Of a DNA stretch of 53,343 bases, positions 37,421 through 48,510 are shown in pieces. The DNA is from Eledone cirrhosa (Eukaryota). The notes beneath the pieces were generated by a model. That model was not told the DNA's origin and searched no databases. It was given only the letters and a program-made list of their open reading frames with translations. The DNA lies in the NCBI GenBank assembly GCA_964016885.1, contig CAXHJY010000642.1:1-53343 (forward strand), read 5' to 3'. How positions within the stretch are numbered: position 1 is the first letter of the stretch; each line of letters begins with the position of its first letter. Made by a program: the position numbers and the translations under genes.

Positions 37421-40400
37421 ATAATAATAATGAAAATATTGTGTACAGTGCTCAGGTGCACTACAACTCATCAAAAGTGTATGTATAGTACATAGGGTAA
37501 TGTACAAACGTCAGGAAAATGAACAGTGCATGAGTCATGATGTGTGCATGTGTATGGAAGGGGGACATCAGGTGTAGTTTTGGCGAATTCGGGAAGCATG
37601 AGGGTTTTAAAGGATGCAGTGTCTCGGCAGCTAACAACTGACGCAGGCAGTTTATTCCATGCCTCAGCAACTCTGAGCGTGAAAAAATGTTTCCGAAAGT
37701 CATGGAAGCTGTGCTGTTTTCTGACTTTGTAGGCATGTCCACGTGTGTTAGACACATGGAGATCAAAAAGCTGCTCAGGGTTGTTATTGGCAAGATGGTT
37801 AATAACTTTGTGGGTGTTTACCAAGTCCATTGCCAGACGTCGGAGCGTTAATGAATCCATGCCCAGGGAAGCAAGGCGTTCAGAGTATGGTAGGTGTCTG
37901 ATGGAGGGTATGCGCTTGGTTGCACGTCTCTCAACAGTTTCCAGGAGGTCAATGTTCTGAGCAAGATAGGGGTTCCAGACTGATGATGCGAATTCCAAGT
38001 GTGGTCGTACCATAGCTGTATACAGCTTTAAATAGATGGCCGTAGAGCGGCTAACAAAGGTCTTGCTGAGTGATGCCAAGACACCCTTGGCCTTCTTGAC
38101 AATTTTAGAGATATGCTTTCATCATCATCATCATCATCGTTTTACGTCCGTTCTTCCACGCTAGCATGGGTTAGACGGGTTGTCCTGTTGTGGGTAGTGT
38201 CTGGTCGGCTGACCATGCCTTGCTCATACAGGAACTGATTTGGCTTGATTTCTACAGCTGGATGCCCTTCCTAACACCAACCTCATTTACAGTGAGTGGT
38301 GGGTGCTTTTTCGTGGCGCCTACACGTCCACTTTACAGTGTGGGCTGGGTGCTTTTTTGCCGTGGCACCTCCACGACCACCTTGCGGTGGGGTGTGTGGG
38401 GGCATATTGTCTATATGCTTCAGCTTGTACCGATGGGAGGTCGGGTACTCTGTATTACTGCGTGACGCCAGATGTCACGGTCGTGTGTCATCGCCTTTGA
38501 GAGGTGTAATTGGGTAAGGTCGGCTTTTATCACCTCATCCCAGGTCATCTTGGGTCTCCCCACTCCGCGGTTTCCATCGACTTCTAGTGCTCTGCACCTT
38601 TTTATGCAGCTGTCATCCTTCATACGCATCACATGTCCATACCAGCGCAACCGCCTCTCCTGCACACAGCATTTGATTCCTCTTATGCTCAGTCTCTCTC
38701 TCAATTCATTTATGCTTTGTCGTTCACGTATATTACTGTTACACATCCATTGGAGCATGCAGGCTTCATTTCTCTCTAATCTACGTAAGTCTTCCACCTT
38801 CAGCGCCCAGGTCTCACTACCATGCAACATCGCTGTTCGGATACACGCATCATACAGTCTGCCTTTCATTCTGAATGAGAAGCCTTTTGCAGCTAGCAGT
38901 GGTAGTAGTTCCCTAAACTTCTTCCATCCCGTTCTTACCCTAGTTATTGTACTTTCTGAACACCCACCTCCGCTGCTAATTCGGTCACCTAGGTAGCAGA
39001 AGCTGTCTACTGTTTCTACAGAGTCCTCCCAGAGATTGGTGGTACTTGTTTCCTGTGGCTGTTTGCTGCTTGCTGTCTCAGCACAGCTGCTGCATGTGAA
39101 GCCTACATTCTTAATTAAGCTTCCTGAGATCCCGCTACATCTCTTGTGTACCCATTGTTTGCATTTGGGGCAGAGAATGGAGTTCCTGCCTACATCTTTC
39201 CTACATACTGAGCAAGGCCATTTCCCTGAGGGGATCTGGGTTCTGTTTTCTCGTCTACTTACAAGGACCTTAGTCTTTGTCATGTTGACTTTGAGACCCT
39301 TTCTTTCTAGTCCCTGCTTCCAAGTTTGGAATTTCTTCTCTAGTTCTACCATAGATTCAGCTATAAGTGCGAGGTCATCGGCATACAGGAGTTCCCATGG
39401 GCATCCGGTCTTAAACTCCTCCGTTATTGCCTGCAGGACTATGATGAACAGGAGGGGGCTAAGAACAGAGCCCTGGTGGACCCCAACCTGTATGCTAAAT
39501 TCCTCACTATACTTATTGCTAATCCTAACTTTGCTGACTGCTCCCCTATACATGGCTTGTACCGCTTTCACAAGCCATTCATCTACTCCTAGTTTTCTAA
39601 GAGCCCACCAGATTACATCACGTGGAACTCTGTCAAAGGCGTTCTCAAGGTCGACAAATGCCAAGTAGAGTGGCTTACTTTTAGCTAGGTACTTTTCCTG
39701 TAACTGCCTCACAAGGAAGAGGGCATCAGTGGTGCCTCTTCCTGGTACAAACCCAAATTGCATCTCATCTATTTTCACCCGGTCCCTAATCAACTGTGCT
39801 ATAACTCTTTCTGTTACTTTCATGACCTGGTCCATCAGCTTTATACCTCTATAGTTTCCTCTATCTAGTGCATCACCTTTACCTTTGTAGCAGTTGACAA
39901 TGATGCTACTGCACCAATCTTTTGGTATGACACCTTCTAGTATTACTTGGTTAACAATACGTGTGGTTATAGTGTGACCTACAGACCTGGATGCCTTCAG
40001 CATCTCGGCAGCTATGCCCGATGGACCGGTTGCCTTCCCCATCTTCATATCTTTATTTGCCTTACTTACTACGTTGCTGCTGACTTGTACTGCTGGCCCC
40101 TCTATAGGGTCTACTTGGGGTAGGGTCTCTTCTTCCCATGCATTCTCCTCATTTAGTAATCTATCATAATGACTCTTCCATGCATCTTTCTTCTCAGCAC
40201 TTGTGAGGGCAAGCTTTGTCCAACGTAAATTGCTGCTGACAGTAATGCCCAGGTCACGTTCACAAGAGGACTTCTTGATATCAGTGTTGTGGAGGGAGTA
40301 TGTGGACGCTGGATTTTTCCTCCTAAAATGCATGGTGGTACACTTGTCCACAGCCAGCTTCAGTTGCCAGTCTGTGATCCATTGCTGCATTGTGTCCAGG

Positions 40401-41200
40401 TCTGATTGTAGGAAAGAGTTATAGATTTCAGGATCTATCCTTTTGATTTCAAGGTACAGCTTGATGTCATCTGCATATTTCAGTACTGTGGCATTCTTTA
40501 AGTTGGCATCTATGTCATTAATGTATGCAACAAACAAAAGGGGACCAAGAACAGATCCCTGTGGTACACCAGATGACATCTCATATGGTGAAGAATGCTG
40601 TCCTAGAACCGTGACTACCTCTTTTCGGCTGAGAATGAAGGATTTCAACCAGTTAAAAAGATCATCCCTCACAGCCATTGCAGAGAGTTTCGCCATAAGT
40701 CTTTTGTGTGGCACAGAATTAAAAGCCCTAGCAAAGTCAAGGTAAACAACATCCACCCATGAGCCACTGTCAGTGATCCGGGTAATGTCTTCAAGGAACT
40801 CGATAAGCTGATCACAGCAGCTGGAGTTAAGGATAAATCCAAATTGCGAGGGCCGGATGAGGCTGTGAGAGCTCCAGAAGTTCCAAAGTATTTCTTTGAC
40901 ACAGGATTCCATCAGTTTGGCAATACAGCTAGTAAGACTGACTGGACGATAGTTGACAGGTGACGCGCGGTTACCCTTTTTGAATAGGGGAATGACACTG
41001 GCAGTTTTCCACTGCTCTGGAGTAGCACCGTTGTTCAGACAGAATTGAAAGAAGAGTGATAGCTGGTGCAGAAGGAAGTACCCGCCACGTTTGAGAAGCA
41101 TGTACATAACACCCTCAAGACCAGGGGAGGCATAGTTGCGCTTATTTTTAAGGTAACGTTGCAGCATTGCAGGTGATATATTGCATGTGTTTGGGTGGGG
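37421..41200 (-). mobile_element. CR1-type LINE (5'-truncated, RT intact) split by an RTE insertion
   Basis: 5' part 40213-41200 (NYRPVSLTS, YLDFARAFNSVPH, GVPQGSVLGP, YADD); 3' part 37421-38119 (LYTAMVRPHLEFASSVWNP...WNKLP, (ATT)n tail). Confidence 0.95.
38120..40212 (-). mobile_element. young 5'-truncated RTE LINE
   Basis: Stop-free RT, PHD-like finger and C-terminus; (GAT)n tail; GCTTT duplicated at 38115-38119 and 40213-40217. Confidence 0.95.
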
Positions 41201-41248
41201 ATATGTAAGAAATATATATATAAAGAAATCAAGAGGATGCATTAACAT
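38420..41248 (-). CDS. chimeric CR1-RT::RTE-RT ORF, 942 aa (expression unknown)
   Basis: ORF track; two YADD-containing RT domains; junction SNLRWTK|LALTSAEKK at 40212. Confidence 0.5.
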   Translation of the reverse strand: MLMHPLDFFIYIFLTYPHPNTCNISPAMLQRYLKNKRNYASPGLEGVMYMLLKRGGYFLLHQLSLFFQFCLNNGATPEQWKTASVIPLFKKGNRASPVNYRPVSLTSCIAKLMESCVKEILWNFWSSHSLIRPSQFGFILNSSCCDQLIEFLEDITRITDSGSWVDVVYLDFARAFNSVPHKRLMAKLSAMAVRDDLFNWLKSFILSRKEVVTVLGQHSSPYEMSSGVPQGSVLGPLLFVAYINDIDANLKNATVLKYADDIKLYLEIKRIDPEIYNSFLQSDLDTMQQWITDWQLKLAVDKCTTMHFRRKNPASTYSLHNTDIKKSSCERDLGITVSSNLRWTKLALTSAEKKDAWKSHYDRLLNEENAWEEETLPQVDPIEGPAVQVSSNVVSKANKDMKMGKATGPSGIAAEMLKASRSVGHTITTRIVNQVILEGVIPKDWCSSIIVNCYKGKGDALDRGNYRGIKLMDQVMKVTERVIAQLIRDRVKIDEMQFGFVPGRGTTDALFLVRQLQEKYLAKSKPLYLAFVDLENAFDRVPRDVIWWALRKLGVDEWLVKAVQAMYRGAVSKVRISNKYSEEFSIQVGVHQGSVLSPLLFIIVLQAITEEFKTGCPWELLYADDLALIAESMVELEKKFQTWKQGLERKGLKVNMTKTKVLVSRRENRTQIPSGKWPCSVCRKDVGRNSILCPKCKQWVHKRCSGISGSLIKNVGFTCSSCAETASSKQPQETSTTNLWEDSVETVDSFCYLGDRISSGGGCSESTITRVRTGWKKFRELLPLLAAKGFSFRMKGRLYDACIRTAMLHGSETWALKVEDLRRLERNEACMLQWMCNSNIRERQSINELRERLSIRGIKCCVQERRLRWYGHVMRMKDDSCIKRCRALEVDGNRGVGRPKMTWDEVIKADLTQLHLSKAMTHDRDIWRHAVIQSTRPPIGTS

Positions 41249-41798
41249 AAAGTCGTATTAATTTCACGCTTAACAGAAAGATATATTATATATATATATA
41301 TCCATACATAGAACAGGCTCCATACAATTTCCATTTATAAAATTCCCTCACAGCAGAATGGTCAGCCAGAGGCTATAGTTGAAAATGCTCATCTAAGGTA
41401 TTATGCTTTAGGAAAGAACCCACTAACATGTGCCTTGCAAATCTTTTTATATCTGATTAAATGCAAAGAGAGGCAAAAATATAACCATTGGTTGAAAACC
41501 ATTAAAAATGCATGGCATCATCATTTAACATCCATTTTTCCTGCTAGCAAGGGATGGCCGGATCAACACAGACTAAGTTAGTACTTATTTGGGCTACTGA
41601 CCTCTGAGGGGATGGGAACAGGCATGAAACATGTTTACATACATACCTGTATTCTACAGTGTGTGCTGGATGCATTTTATAATGCCACCAGCACTGCGAA
41701 GGTTGTCATGTCTTTGACAAAATTAAAAAGTATGCAATAATAAAAGAAGAAAAAACACAGATAAAGAAACTTTAGATGTAAAAGAATATTAAAACTTA

Positions 41799-41960
<162 letters not shown>

Positions 41961-42489
41961 TTAGACAGAAGAAAAATACATCAACAATAACAATGTGAAA
42001 TAGTTAAAAAGTATTTTGAAAAACAGCAATAGTTTCCCCATACTTAGAAGAGTATCTACAACATTATGGAATGGAATGAATACAAGCATGGCCCGTGGGT
42101 GGAGGTGGAGAAGGGGGACTAAGGAGATTGTTTTACAACCATGTGGCTCCAGGTTCAATCCCACTCGGGTTGACCAATGGCTTGTGGGTAATATTAGAAA
42201 CTCTCTTATATATATATATGTGTGTGTGCGTGTGTGTGTGTGCACCAGTGTACATCCTGTAACTTAATGATTTGACAAGAGATTGCTAAAATAAATACTG
42301 GAGATGAAATAGCTGACTAATCCCGCTCCTCCATCAGCAGCTTGGCAGCAGCCTAATGACTGAAACCAGTGAAAGAGTAAATGGAGTAGAGTGAAATGAA
42401 GTGAAACTGAGTTTATAAGATTATTTTAACCCTTTAGCATTTACCTTACACTATATTTTCACATAATTATCTCAAATAATATTGAATCT

Positions 42490-42830
42490 ATGCTAACATG
42501 ATAAAGAACAAAAGGAGAGGTTCTATGAGGAACTTTTACAGACAACTACAAGTGACTTCAATGGACATGTGGGACAGTACCAGGATGGATTCAGTGGTGT
42601 TCATGGCGGCTATGGTTATGCTTCAAGGAATGAAGAGGTGCTGACATTCCTGGAATTCTGTGATGCACATGAACATCTACAATTCAAATTTCAGGAAACC
42701 AGCCAATCACCTGATTTCATATCGATCAGGTGAGCACACAAGCCAAATTGATTACTTACTTGTTAGGCAAGACAAACGGAGTGTAATAAATACTAAGGCC
42801 TTCCCTGGGGAAGAAAGCACCGCCCAGCAG
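42490..42830 (+). pseudogene. RTE APE endonuclease fragment
   Basis: DFNGHVG, HLISYRSGEHTSQIDYLL. Confidence 0.85.
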
Positions 42831-42834
42831 GGAT

Positions 42835-43145
42835 ATATCTGTCACCCATATGAATCATGTGACTTGTCCATCTTAACTGATTCCTAATAAGCATAGCTTG
42901 AGTAGATGTAACTTTTACCCTAGTTAGAATCTCAGTGTCTGGAATGAATGTGTTCCAGGTTATTTTGAGTATATGCCGGAGGCATTTTTGGTGAAACTGC
43001 TCCAACATTTTAACATGTTGTGTGTACAAGGTCCATGTTTTGGATGAATGCAATAGTATGGCGAGTACAAATGAGACGTACAGCAATCTTAGTCTCCAAT
43101 TTAATGTGACGTTGTGACCAGACTTTAATTTCGAGTCCACCAAAG
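42835..43145 (-). pseudogene. RTE/BovB-like ORF C-terminal fragment (different family)
   Basis: SKTWTLY...LEQFHQKCLRHILKITW...QLRW. Confidence 0.8.
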
Positions 43146-43372
43146 GCTAGTCAGATCGTTTTTGTGCACTACTGGTAACATGTAATCCAGTACAACCTGC
43201 TAGATGGTCAGGTTGTCAGTGATTAAACTGACAACCCCACCAAGATTGTTTTCAGGATGAAAAGCTGCATCTTTTAAGTCTATTAAATGTCTTAATAATA
43301 ATGGTAATCTTAATACATTTTATATGTGTGTGTTGTGTGTGTATATATACACATATATATATATATATATAT

Positions 43373-44140
43373 AAAAAATTAGAAATAAGAGGGATCAGAT
43401 GTTGTTTACTCGAGAGAAGGCTACGTTGGTATGGTCACGTGATGCGCATGAAAGACGATAGCTGTATAACAAAGTGCAGGGCAATAAAGATAGACGGTAG
43501 CCATGGAGCAGGCAGACCCAGAAAAACCTGGGACGAGCTGATAAATTCCGACCTCACACACTTACACCTCTCCAAGACAATGTCACTGAACCGAGACCTT
43601 TGGCGGTACTCAGTAATAGAGAAGACCCACCTTACCTAAATACAAAGTAAAACCTACTACAGTCAGTAGGCATCTCTAACAAAATACACCCCCGTCCCAC
43701 CACCCCCACCCCATCCACACCGCCCCTTTCAATGTAAAGTTATGTTGGTGCCACAACATCCAGGCCGAAACAAATGAGATCGTGTAGGTGTCACAACAAA
43801 AAAACACACAGTCCACGCTGTAATGTGGCCGTGTAGGCAACACGGTAAAAACCTCCCAGTCCCACACTGTAAATGTGGTTGGTGTTAGGAAGGGCATCCA
43901 GCCATAGAAAACCCGCCAGACAGTCCACCCTGTAATGTGGCTGTGTAGGTAAAACAGTAAAAACCTCCCAGCCCCACACTGTAAATGTGGTTGGTGTTAG
44001 GAAGGGCATCCAGCTGTAGAAAACCCGCCAGACTGTCCTATGCGAGCAAGACAATCACTCTTGCCTCAAGTGGGAAATACCCCCGTCCAAACCCATGCAA
44101 GCGTGGAACACGGACGTTAAACGTTGATGATGATGATGAT
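43373..44140 (+). mobile_element. RTE LINE 3' end
   Basis: RRLRWYGHVMRM...GRPRKTW; duplicated UTR modules; (GAT)n tail; (TA)n on both sides. Confidence 0.92.
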
Positions 44141-44155
44141 ATATATATATATATA

Positions 44156-44699
44156 TTGGGTTGGCAAGAAAGTAATTTCGGTTTTTTAGTGTGAAATAAA
44201 AGTCATTTTTTTTTCATACAAAGAATGAACTTTAATCCATTATATATTTTCCATTTTATTCGAAAACCTTTTGCCATCTTTCTGGCAACTTCATGATGCC
44301 GCACTCATAGAACTTTTGGTCCTTATCAGCCAAAAACTGAAGCAAATGCGATTTCAGGTCATCATCATTATTGAAAGTTTTACCATTTAAAGAATTTTGC
44401 AAACTTCTAAATAAATGGTATTCTGATGGTGGTGGATGTGACATCACTTCCCAACCAAGCTCCAATAATTTTTCATGAGTTAGCAAAGACGTGTGTGGTC
44501 TAGCGTTGTCATGGTGGAACACACACGCCTTTGCTAACTGAACTAACAACTGTAAACAAAATTTCGCGCAATTTGCTTAAGTAAGCTAAAAGTAATGGCT
44601 ATCAAATGTCAAAAGGAAAAAATCATAACATTAACAAAAGTCATTCAAAATATCGTAACTCTATTTGCGAAAAACGAAATTACTTTCTTGCCAACCCAA
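44156..44699 (-). mobile_element. internally deleted mariner
   Basis: TIR TTGGGTTGGCAAGAAAGTAATTTCG / CGAAATTACTTTCTTGCCAACCCAA with TA flanks; HHDNARPHT...YHLFRSLQN...KLPERWQKV. Confidence 0.93.
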
Positions 44700-45639
44700 T
44701 ATATATATATATACACACACACACGCTTGTGCTTTCTTCTTTACCCCTTGCCACTGTCACCTTTATCCCGTCCATTGTCGCACACATAGTCACCCCCTAG
44801 GTTCCCGTGGCTCTGTTATGGTCATGGTCAGAAACATACACTCTTACAGCTTATACAGACCAATAAAAACACACACACACCTCTATTTTTACCTTCTCAG
44901 CTCTGTACACACACAGCTTCATTCATAACTAACACATACACTCTTTTGCTTACATATATACACACACATATCCTCTTAGTTTGATATGGATGCATAAAAA
45001 CACACACATATGTATATGCATGTGCACACAAACAACTCTATATACAAAACGTTTTTTTTTCTTTTCAAATAGACAGGCTCGATCACCACCTTTTCAAAAA
45101 AGTATATCATACACAAAACACGAGCAACAGTTTTTCAAGAGATGGCAACACAAATTTTTCTCTAAAAAATTTTTTGTTCCATTTCCGCCCTGCCTGCCTG
45201 ACTATCTTTCTATTTCTTCTTTAATTTCTTATTCTTTTGTTATTTCTGTTTGCCTTTTGCATACACATACATATATATACACAAACACATTCACACATTC
45301 TGAGTAAAAAAGAAGCACTCTTATTATAGTCATTTGCATTGGTAACCACATTTACAAATTTTCACAATGCTTTTTAAGTCAACTGCTTTGTTTACACTTA
45401 TAGCTACAGGTATAAATTTGGTCAAACTTAAAGAGAAAAACATTTCAGACAGCACAAATCTATTTATGGATAGGCATGAACATTAGAGTTCCATCTACTT
45501 CCAGTGAACTAAAATCTAAGCTTCATTGATTTTCACCACAAAATTATTTTAATATATACTGTGGCATATATATATGATATATGTATATCATATGCAAGCA
45601 TGGAAGATGGACGTTAAACGATGATGATGATGATGATAT

Positions 45640-45885
45640 GAGATAGTGTTGGTGCCATAATAAAATGCACCCTGCTCACTTCGTAAAGTGGTAGTACTGG
45701 TGCCATGATAGAAATTACCCATTGCACCATGTCAGGTGACAGTACTGATGATGCGACAAAAAGCATACTGTTCACCTTGTAAGGTGGTAGTGCTGGTACC
45801 ATGATAAAATGGACACAGCTCATCCTATAAGGAGACAGTGCCAGAGTCATGATAAAATGCTTTTAGTACATGCTGTAAAGTTGTT
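45640..45885 (+). repeat. degenerate ~48-bp tandem array (about 5 units) in a SINE/RTE-type tail
   Basis: Unit AGTGCTGGTGCCATGATAAAATGCACCC...TGTAAGGTG. Confidence 0.75.
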
Positions 45886-46053
45886 GGCATAAGGAAAGGC
45901 ATCCAGCTGTAGAAAACAGGCTAAAAACGGAGTGTAAGGAGAAGACATGGTCAACTCACCAGTCTGGCCTAAGTTGAAGATGTGGTCAACTCACCAGTCT
46001 GGCCTAAGTTTGTGGCAGCCTGACCAACCTATGCAAGCATGGAAAATAGATGT

Positions 46054-46282
46054 TTAACCCTTTAGCATTTAAACCGGCTATATCTGACCAGAATTCTCTC
46101 ACCTCTTTCTGTTCAAACTGGCTGTACCTGGCTGCTCATAATGATGTTAAGGTATTGTACTCAAAATAAATAACATCAAAATCTCATAGATTCGATATTA
46201 TGAGAGATAAGTATGTAAGGTAAAGGTTTTACGGTGAAAATATAATAGTAAATGTAGAGTAATGTAAATGCTAAAGGGTTAA
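46054..46282. mobile_element. piggyBac-type MITE inserted into a SINE tail
   Basis: TTAA-CCCTTTAGCATTTA ... TAAATGCTAAAGGG-TTAA. Confidence 0.9.
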
Positions 46283-46934
46283 CAGTGATAATGATGATGA
46301 CGATAATATATATATACCACAATAAAATGCACCCAGTGCACAGTATAAAGTTTTTGGCATTAGGAAGAGCATCCAACCAGATAAATCAAGCCAAATATAA
46401 AATATATGAACAAGACATGGTCTCCAATCAGTCTAGTATTGGATCATGATGACTTGTCCAACTCATACTAGCATGGAAAAATGAACATAAAATGATGATT
46501 TTGCTATTGCTCAACCTCCCTCCAACTGACATGTAACTACCCTCGCTCCTCCCTCTCTCTTCCATCCTATAACTTTTTCCTCTTTCATACTCATATTCCT
46601 ACTCTCCAACCCATGGAAAGTGGATATAAAATGATGCGATGATGACGATTTCTGATTTAAGCATAAGGCCAACAATTTTTGGTGGGAGGGGAATGTCAAT
46701 TAAATCGACCCCAGTGCATTGCTGGTGTTTTATTTTATCGACCCCATAAATATGAAAAGCAAAGCTAACCGTAGCAGGATTTGAACTCAGAACGTAAAGG
46801 AATGTAGCTATGCCGCAAACCATGGTGTCGATGACGATGATGATAATAACAATGATAATGATAGAGATAATGATTTTTCATGAAAAACAAAAACCAGAAA
46901 GTTTTACTCTGTAAATAACTTAAATATAACTTAC

Positions 46935-47000
46935 AGAAGGAAGGACTCGGATTTTGCATGTTACCGGTATAGACAAGTTGTTAACAAGTGTGGTTAAAAT
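46935..47000 (-). CDS. DUS2: DUS2 exon
   Basis: ttttag|ILTTLVNNLSIPVTCKIRVLPS|gtaag; 66 nt. Confidence 0.95.
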
Positions 47001-47552
47001 CTAAAATATAAATATTACAAAAAAATTATTTCTATCCAATATGTTTTAAGAGATGAAAAACCACATAAATTTTAACATACTTACAAATGTATGAGTATAG
47101 AATGTTTAATGAATTAACTATCTACACAAGTACTTCCCAAAATGAATTTTGCAAGATTAGGTGTCTTTTAATAATATTTATTAAAACTCTTTATTTTATT
47201 TTATTGGTTTTTATATATGAATAAATTCTCTCTCCAAAACAATTTTTAGTTTAATTTAATGTCTTATTAAAGTTATTTTGATGTGGATTGTTTATAAAAT
47301 ATGGGTATGGCTTCCATGATTTTTGGAAAATCGAATAAGGTTTCTGCAACAAAATAAATTTAGGAGCCACTATGCAACACCATGAATTTTTAGTTCATGC
47401 ATAACTATTCTTACTATCTTTGGATAAGATGCTTTATGCTACCTAATCCAATCTGCTTTACTCAAAATTAAATATAATTTCATCTACTTTTAAAAGATGC
47501 TTTTTAATAGAGGCGGTTTTGAACAAGTTGGTGCTTAAATTGTTTAACTTAC

Positions 47553-47600
47553 TTCTTTAACTTTTTCTGGTTTCTTCAAAAGAGCAGCTCCCATACCACC
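47553..47600 (-). CDS. DUS2: DUS2 exon
   Basis: cattag|GGMGAALLKKPEKVKE|gtaag; 48 nt. Confidence 0.95.
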
Positions 47601-47701
47601 CTAATGATAAAAGATGAACAAAAACACGTTAGACAATTCCTATAATGAAATTTCAAATATTTTCCCCTTATGCACAAGTTTCTTTTAAACAGAATAATGT
47701 T

Positions 47702-47943
47702 TTAACCTGTTGACTGCCGCATATATTTACATAGCTACAGTTGCTGTGCCGGTTTTTTTTTCCAGTAAAATGACTATTTTGATTGACAAACGTCACATCA
47801 ATAAACTAGTAACCTCATCTAGCTTTGAAGTTATGAACTGTTGGAAATGAGTTCAAGCATGTTAGGACAAGTTATCTCATCCATGGCACTGGAATGTATA
47901 CATGTTAAGACAAGTTATCTCATCTTTGGCACTAAGAGGTTAA
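47702..47943. mobile_element. piggyBac-type MITE, third family
   Basis: TTAA-CCTGTTGACTGCC ... GGCACTAAGAGG-TTAA; internal tandem duplication of about 33 bp. Confidence 0.6.
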
Positions 47944-48449
47944 AACAAAAATATTAGTTATAATTTGGTTCTATATTTATCCTAATTGCTGGCCTTGTGC
48001 CTAAAGTAGAAACAATTATTTATATTATATTATATTTATATATATATATGCATGTGCTATTCTAAAACAGATGCAGTATAGTAGTTAAATGCTATGTAAA
48101 AAAAACTCTAATGAATGCAAAGACTAAACTTTAATGAACAATAATTAATTGCCTTATATTAATTATAACAGATAGAAGGTGGATGGATTGGCAGAATAGT
48201 TAGAGCATCAGACAAAATATTTTGCTGCATTTAGTTACGGCGCTTTATGGCCTGAGTTTAAATTCTGCCATGGCCAAACTCTGTCTTTCATCCTTCTGGG
48301 GTTGATAAAATAAGTACCAATCAAATACTGAAGTTAATATAATCAACTTCCTCTCAAATTGCTGGTCTTGTACCTAAGTTTGAAACAATTATTTATAACA
48401 GACATTTAAGATACCAAAGATACTATTAAGATGGTGTCTAGATACATAC

Positions 48450-48510
48450 TTTCATAGAGAATTCTTTTGGACAGCCCATGTTGACATCTACTGCAGCCAC
48501 ACAATCTTCT
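48450..48510 (-). CDS. DUS2: DUS2 exon (catalytic NMGCP motif)
   Basis: ctttgtag|A GAA GAT...ATG AAA|gtatg; EDCVAAVDVNMGCPKEFSMK; 61 nt. Confidence 0.95.

Noticed and set aside
38472-40745. Long plus-strand ORFs (174, 210, 100 aa) and similar ORFs opposite other LINEs
   Set aside because: Antisense shadows of LINE coding sequence with no independent protein signal.
44256-44549. SETMAR-like host gene
   Set aside because: Lies between mariner TIRs in a 544-bp deleted element; the YSPDLAP motif is lost.
45640-45885. CRISPR-like periodic array
   Set aside because: Whole units are mutually similar and degenerate with no unique spacers, the unit belongs to the SINE/RTE tail, the context is eukaryotic and there are no cas genes.
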